A stretch of DNA of 32,000 nt from an uncultured Chloroflexia bacterium (GTDB lineage Bacteria; Chloroflexota; Anaerolineae; Anaerolineales; Villigracilaceae). The stretch covers positions 835,985-867,984 of the forward strand of contig CAWJHP010000001.1 of the NCBI GenBank assembly GCA_963842785.1. The letters are read 5' to 3'. The notes beneath the pieces are model-generated. The model worked only from the letters and a program-made list of their open reading frames with translations, was not told the DNA's origin and ran no database searches. The position numbers and the translations under genes were made by a program. This document shows positions 28,594 through 32,000 of this stretch, one piece after another (the stretch's first letter is position 1; each line of letters begins with the position of its first letter).

Positions 28594-28692
28594 TCATTAA
28601 TCTTCTGGAGCAGAAGCTCCCACCGCTTGATTTTCTCACCCGTGTCAAACACGCGAAGTCACCATTATAACAAACTCTTATTCTCATGGTTG

Positions 28693-28920
28693 TCATCGGT
28701 CTAATTCGGTGGCATGCAGCGCTAATTCTGTTTCCCGGCGGATCCATTCATCGATCAACTCTCGCTTGAATCGCCACGTCTTCCCCATCCGCAGTGCCGG
28801 GACGCGGCCTTCATTTGCCATTTTGTATACCTTTGCCTCGCTGAGACGCAAATATTCGGCAACATCGTGAACCGTCATGATGCCAACATCCGAACCAATC
28901 CCAAACCCTTTTACGCTCAT
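28693..28920 (-). CDS. Excisionase-family helix-turn-helix DNA-binding protein
   Basis: 75-aa ORF with MTVHDVAEYLRLSEAKVYKMANEGRVPALRMGKTWRFKRELIDEWI (HTH_17/excisionase pattern). AGGAG lies 5 nt upstream of ATG 28920. Confidence 0.7.
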   Translation of the reverse strand: MSVKGFGIGSDVGIMTVHDVAEYLRLSEAKVYKMANEGRVPALRMGKTWRFKRELIDEWIRRETELALHATELDR

Positions 28921-28968
28921 AGACTCTCCTTGTATCAGGCGAACGACAAGGTAAAAAATCTGTGGAAT

Positions 28969-28997
28969 ATTATAAATACATGTGCATATTAAGGTAA
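28969..28997 (-). promoter_or_regulatory. Candidate sigma70-type promoter for the HTH-NusG-glycan transcription unit
   Basis: On the minus strand, TTACCT (28997-28992), a 17-nt spacer, then a perfect TATAAT (28974-28969), about 50 nt upstream of the HTH start in an AT-rich non-coding stretch. Sequence pattern only. Confidence 0.3.
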
Positions 28998-29119
28998 TTC
29001 TAACATTATACTCAAATCCCCCACAGAATGGACAGGTACAGAACCTAAATCATATCTGGACAATTGTACTAATTTAGTTTTAGCTAGGTCTCAAAAAGAC
29101 ACCTGTAAATCTTTCTTCA

Positions 29120-29362
29120 TTAATGCACGTCCCAGCCAAACCGGTGCGGAACATAATCGGTTCTCAGATAGTACAAATATGCCTCAATATCCTGTCTGGT
29201 GATGTAGGCAACTGCAAGATCCCCCGTATACGTCACCCATTGCTCGAGCGCTCGCTTATAGGCATCCACCGAACGATCGGTCAACCCTTCCGCAGTTTTA
29301 TAGTTCGAAAAACCGATTATCGCCTTGCTTAGGAGTAACGAGCCTGAAGGACTGTGGTTCAT
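29120..29362 (-). pseudogene. Remnant of a tyrosine-recombinase (phage integrase) gene: N-terminal SAM-like domain only
   Basis: ATG 29362 is preceded by AAGGAGG (29376-29370). The 80 aa read MNHSPSGSLLLSKAIIGFSNYKTAEGLTDRSVDAYKRALEQWVTYTGDLAVAYITRQDIEAYLYYLRTDYVPHRFGWDVH*. No catalytic domain follows in any frame. The rest of track ORF 29120-29575 is read-through across the tRNA. Confidence 0.6.
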
Positions 29363-29415
29363 ACAAAAACCTCCTTGTATTGGGTTAGAGCCAATCACAG
29401 GCCTTCGGGTTAAGC

Positions 29416-29443
29416 AAAAACCATAGCTTTGCGAGCTATGGTT
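29416..29443 (-). terminator. Intrinsic (rho-independent) terminator of the tRNA gene
   Basis: Minus strand: AACCATAGCT-CGCAA-AGCTATGGTT followed by TTT. That is a perfect 10-bp stem, a 5-nt loop and a T5 tract, 10 nt after the tRNA 3' end. Confidence 0.75.
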
Positions 29444-29452
29444 CGTGAAAAG

Positions 29453-29524
29453 TTGCGGGGGCTGGACTCGAACCAGCGACCTCCAGGTTATGAGCCTGAC
29501 GAGCTGCCACTGCTCTACCCCGCG
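29453..29524 (-). tRNA. Initiator tRNA-fMet (anticodon CAT)
   Basis: Minus strand: CGCGGGG-TA-GAGC-AGTGGCA-GCTC-G-TCAGG-CTCATAA-CCTGG-AGGTC-GCTGG-TTCGAGT-CCAGC-CCCCGCA-A. It forms a full cloverleaf. The C1:A72 mismatch and close resemblance to E. coli tRNA-fMet indicate an initiator. CCA is not encoded. Confidence 0.9.
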
Positions 29525-29584
29525 ACGTTTGCACCGCTCGGTACTTCGAGCGAGCCGGTATTGTACACCACCCATCTGGAGGCG

Positions 29585-30562
29585 TCAAGGATAGAGGAAT
29601 ATTTCCTGGCTATACAGATACATTATTCCGCCAATCCGGTCATCGTTTTGGCGGACACTCAGCAATGCCCACATGGATTGGGAAGTACGATACTGCATAT
29701 CTACTCGAAAAGGAACATAACTGTCATCCGGAGCCGGAGAGATGGGAACCGCTTGCGTCCCAATGATGTTACCATCCCGGCCAATCAGTTCAAGTGTCAA
29801 GGGCAGGCTGTTAAACGGACGAATTTTCCCTGCCACGGTCAATACTCCACCAGAAATGCGCTGTCCCGGCACAGGCAGTCCAATGCTGCAGCGTTCCTTC
29901 AGGTCGCCGGGGGGATTGAGGATTGACATTCCTTCCGAAAATAGAAGCAGATGAACCGAATTTACCGCATTGATCCGACCATACTGATCCTGGGTGCTCA
30001 AGGTCAGCCGTCCCAATTCCCCCACGGAATTGAGTTTAAACGACATTTGGTAGTAATAATTGGCCCATTTGTATGGAGTGTTCAACTGTAAAAGCTGCGA
30101 GGCCAACAGACTGCCATCCTCGCCATAAAGGTCCAGGGTACTTTTGTGGAGGTAACCGGGGACGGCAAACCCAAAGATATCGAAAGGTGAAACTAGCTTC
30201 GAAAGCGGGCCCGGGCTGAGGAACTGGATCGCAGCCGAATCCGCAGCTGGCTGGGGGATGGCAGTTACGGTTAAAGTCGGTGTCATATCCAGGGTCGTTG
30301 TAAGGTCCAGGGTCGGAAGAGGCACAGGGGTCTCTGTGGGTGCCGCCTCGGTGACATCTTCGAAAGTGGGACTCACCTCCGTCTGAGTCGGGGAGGCCAA
30401 TTGGGGAGTAGGAGAACTAATGGTCGGGTCGGGCCGCGGTAATTGTGATGGGCTGGCTGTATTGGTCATGCTCGCCCGTATCGGAGACGGCGTCGACGTG
30501 ACAGACACACAAGCCGTCAAGAGAACAAAAAGGCCAAGTATCAGGGAGGAGCGGCGGAACAT
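29585..30562 (-). CDS. Lipoprotein with Pro/Thr/Ser-rich linker and Gmad2-like Ig domains
   Basis: Preferred start is ATG 30562, giving MFRRSSLILGLFVLLTAC (lipobox LTAC). The track start at 30640 would overlap the M32 gene. The C-terminal GGVLTVAGKIRPFNSLPLTLELIGRDGNIIG resembles Gmad2 Ig-like domains. Confidence 0.6.
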   Translation of the reverse strand: MFRRSSLILGLFVLLTACVSVTSTPSPIRASMTNTASPSQLPRPDPTISSPTPQLASPTQTEVSPTFEDVTEAAPTETPVPLPTLDLTTTLDMTPTLTVTAIPQPAADSAAIQFLSPGPLSKLVSPFDIFGFAVPGYLHKSTLDLYGEDGSLLASQLLQLNTPYKWANYYYQMSFKLNSVGELGRLTLSTQDQYGRINAVNSVHLLLFSEGMSILNPPGDLKERCSIGLPVPGQRISGGVLTVAGKIRPFNSLPLTLELIGRDGNIIGTQAVPISPAPDDSYVPFRVDMQYRTSQSMWALLSVRQNDDRIGGIMYLYSQEIFLYP

Positions 30563-30617
30563 AGCGGGATTATAACCTAGCATGGAGAGACGCCCATCCG
30601 GGAGCGTCTCTTCTCCA

Positions 30618-32000
30618 TTACAGTTCGTATATCTCGCCAAACTTTTTCCTCAGGTAACGCATGTAGGCTGCCGCGTCGATCCTTGACCCGGTGACTTTCT
30701 CGACCAGTTCCTGCGGTTCGAACTTGGCTCCGTGACGGTGGATCTTCTCGCGCAGCCATGCCAGAAGGGCTTCGAATTTCCCGGATCGGATCTGGTCGCT
30801 CAGGTCTGGAATATCCTGGTTGATCTTCTCCCAGAGTTGTGCAGAGATCAGGTTCCCTAACGCATATGTGGAGAAGTATCCAAGCATGCCGCCAGACCAG
30901 TGGATATCTTGCAATACGCCCGTCGCATCGTCCGGCGGGGTTATGCCCAGGTATTCCTGCATTTTGGAATTCCAAACCGCCGGCAGGTCTTTGACAGCCA
31001 CCTGACCTTCCAGCAAGGCGATCTCTATTTCGAGGCGTAGCATGATATGCAGGTTATAGGTGGCCTCATCAGCCTCGACACGGATGAGGCTCGGTTGAAC
31101 TTTGTTGATGCCTTTATAAAACTTCTTCAACGACACACCATCAAGCTGTGGAAATACATGCTGCAGCCGGGGATAGAAATATTCCCAGAAAGGCAACGAG
31201 CGCCCAACCAGGTTTTCCCACAAGCGGCTCTGCAACTCGTGGACGGCCAGCGAGGCGCCCCTTTCCAGGCCGGTGCGTTCCAGTTCCGGGGTCGATCCGA
31301 GGCTGTATAATCCATGTCCGCATTCATGCATGCTGCCAAACAGCATTGGATTGAGAAAATCCGGATCCACGCGGGTGGTGATACGCACATCATTGATTCC
31401 GAATTCAGTGGTGAAAGGATGTGCGGACTTGTCCTGCCTGCCACGCTTCCAGTCGAAACCGAATTTGGTAATGACTTCCTCTCCAAACTTCCGTTGCCTG
31501 GCCTCTTCGAACGGCTGATGCAGGAAGGCATCACTCACCTGCGGTTTTGCTGAGATGGCTTGAATAAGTTCCACCTGTTTCGGACGCAAGCCTGCGAAGA
31601 TGGTTTTCACATCTGCAGTCTTCATACCCGGCTCGAAGTCATCCAGCAGGGCATCATAGGGATGCTCGAAATCCGGGAAAAAGGAGGCATACTCCTGACG
31701 CAAGGCGACTATCTTCTCCAGGTGTGGCCGGAAAATGGTGAAGTCCGACTTCTGCCGAGCCTCCATCCAGGCCTGCTGCCCCAGCGTGGTTGCACGGGCA
31801 AATTCAACAATATGACTTGATGGAACGCGTGTGGCCTTATCGAAGTCCCGGGCGGTCACTTTAACCAGCCGGGCATCATCCGAATCGGGGTCAAGGGAAG
31901 CCGCATAAGGTTTGAGTTCATCCAGCAATCTACCCAGTTCGGGTGAAGTGCCGTGTTCATGCGCCAGGCGACCGATAAGAGCCATTTGATTGCCACGCGC
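30618..32000 (-). CDS. M32 (Taq-type) metallocarboxypeptidase; N-terminus beyond right edge
   Basis: Motifs: HPFTTEF, MHECGHGLY (HExxH), HELQSRLWEN, IRVEADEATYNLH. The frame stays open upstream of the track's ATG to base 32000 (..ARGNQMALIGRLAHE). Confidence 0.9.
   Translation of the reverse strand, partial: ARGNQMALIGRLAHEHGTSPELGRLLDELKPYAASLDPDSDDARLVKVTARDFDKATRVPSSHIVEFARATTLGQQAWMEARQKSDFTIFRPHLEKIVALRQEYASFFPDFEHPYDALLDDFEPGMKTADVKTIFAGLRPKQVELIQAISAKPQVSDAFLHQPFEEARQRKFGEEVITKFGFDWKRGRQDKSAHPFTTEFGINDVRITTRVDPDFLNPMLFGSMHECGHGLYSLGSTPELERTGLERGASLAVHELQSRLWENLVGRSLPFWEYFYPRLQHVFPQLDGVSLKKFYKGINKVQPSLIRVEADEATYNLHIMLRLEIEIALLEGQVAVKDLPAVWNSKMQEYLGITPPDDATGVLQDIHWSGGMLGYFSTYALGNLISAQLWEKINQDIPDLSDQIRSGKFEALLAWLREKIHRHGAKFEPQELVEKVTGSRIDAAAYMRYLRKKFGEIYEL

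Noticed and set aside
28643-28669. Perfect TTGACA (28648-28643) and perfect TATAAT (28669-28664) hexamers on the minus strand in the HTH-NusG spacer.
   Set aside because: They are in the wrong order: the -10-like box lies upstream of the -35-like box. Neither has an acceptable partner at 16-19 nt, and the nearest -35-like ATGACA is 21 nt from the TATAAT. Not called as a promoter.
30586-30611. 8-bp stem-loop right after the M32 carboxypeptidase stop, considered as an intrinsic terminator.
   Set aside because: No U-tract follows (CCAUGCUAGG). It is kept only as context for the possible downstream -10 box.
1-32000. Scan for CRISPR arrays, IS/transposase genes, toxin-antitoxin pairs, retron/DGR reverse transcriptases or known defence-gene motifs.
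   Set aside because: I found no regularly spaced direct repeats and no transposase, RT, nuclease or NTPase defence-type ORFs. Every sizeable ORF is accounted for by glycan biosynthesis or the right-edge housekeeping genes.

Overview
Every gene I can support in this 32-kb window is on the minus strand.

**Right edge (housekeeping-like):** a partial M32/Taq-type carboxypeptidase, a lipoprotein with Gmad2-like Ig domains, and an initiator tRNA-fMet followed by a textbook intrinsic terminator.

**Directly downstream of the tRNA 3' end:** an ~80-aa remnant of a tyrosine-integrase N-terminal domain, an excisionase-family HTH gene and a NusG paralog (NGN+KOW). About 28 kb of tightly packed, co-directional glycan (O-antigen/EPS-type) genes follow:
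- a phosphoglycosyl transferase with inverted domain order
- an NDP-sugar epimerase
- a wzm/wzt ABC exporter
- about 14 glycosyltransferases (GT2, GT4/GT-B, exostosin-like)
- a Wzy_C/O-antigen-ligase-like membrane protein
- an LbH acetyltransferase and an FkbM methyltransferase
- an NDP-amino-sugar module (nucleotidyltransferase, SDR dehydratase/epimerase, DegT aminotransferase)
- a PF14907-like nucleotidyltransferase that runs off the left edge; the ORF track misses it

I found no CRISPR array, rRNA, transposase or recognisable defence or toxin genes.

**Most notable observations:**
1. The context looks like a genomic island: tRNA, decayed integrase, then HTH.
2. A specialised NusG paralog heads an operon of more than 25 genes.
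3. The phosphoglycosyl transferase has its domains permuted relative to WbaP-type enzymes.
4. About 19 frameshifts and 2 in-frame stop codons fall in 9-11 genes (8.1-20.7 kb and 22.9-24.1 kb). The other ~16 kb reads cleanly. This is either real gene decay or phase variation, or localised assembly error.
5. Base composition is strongly mosaic.

All family names come from motif-level recognition while reading the translations by hand. None are database hits.
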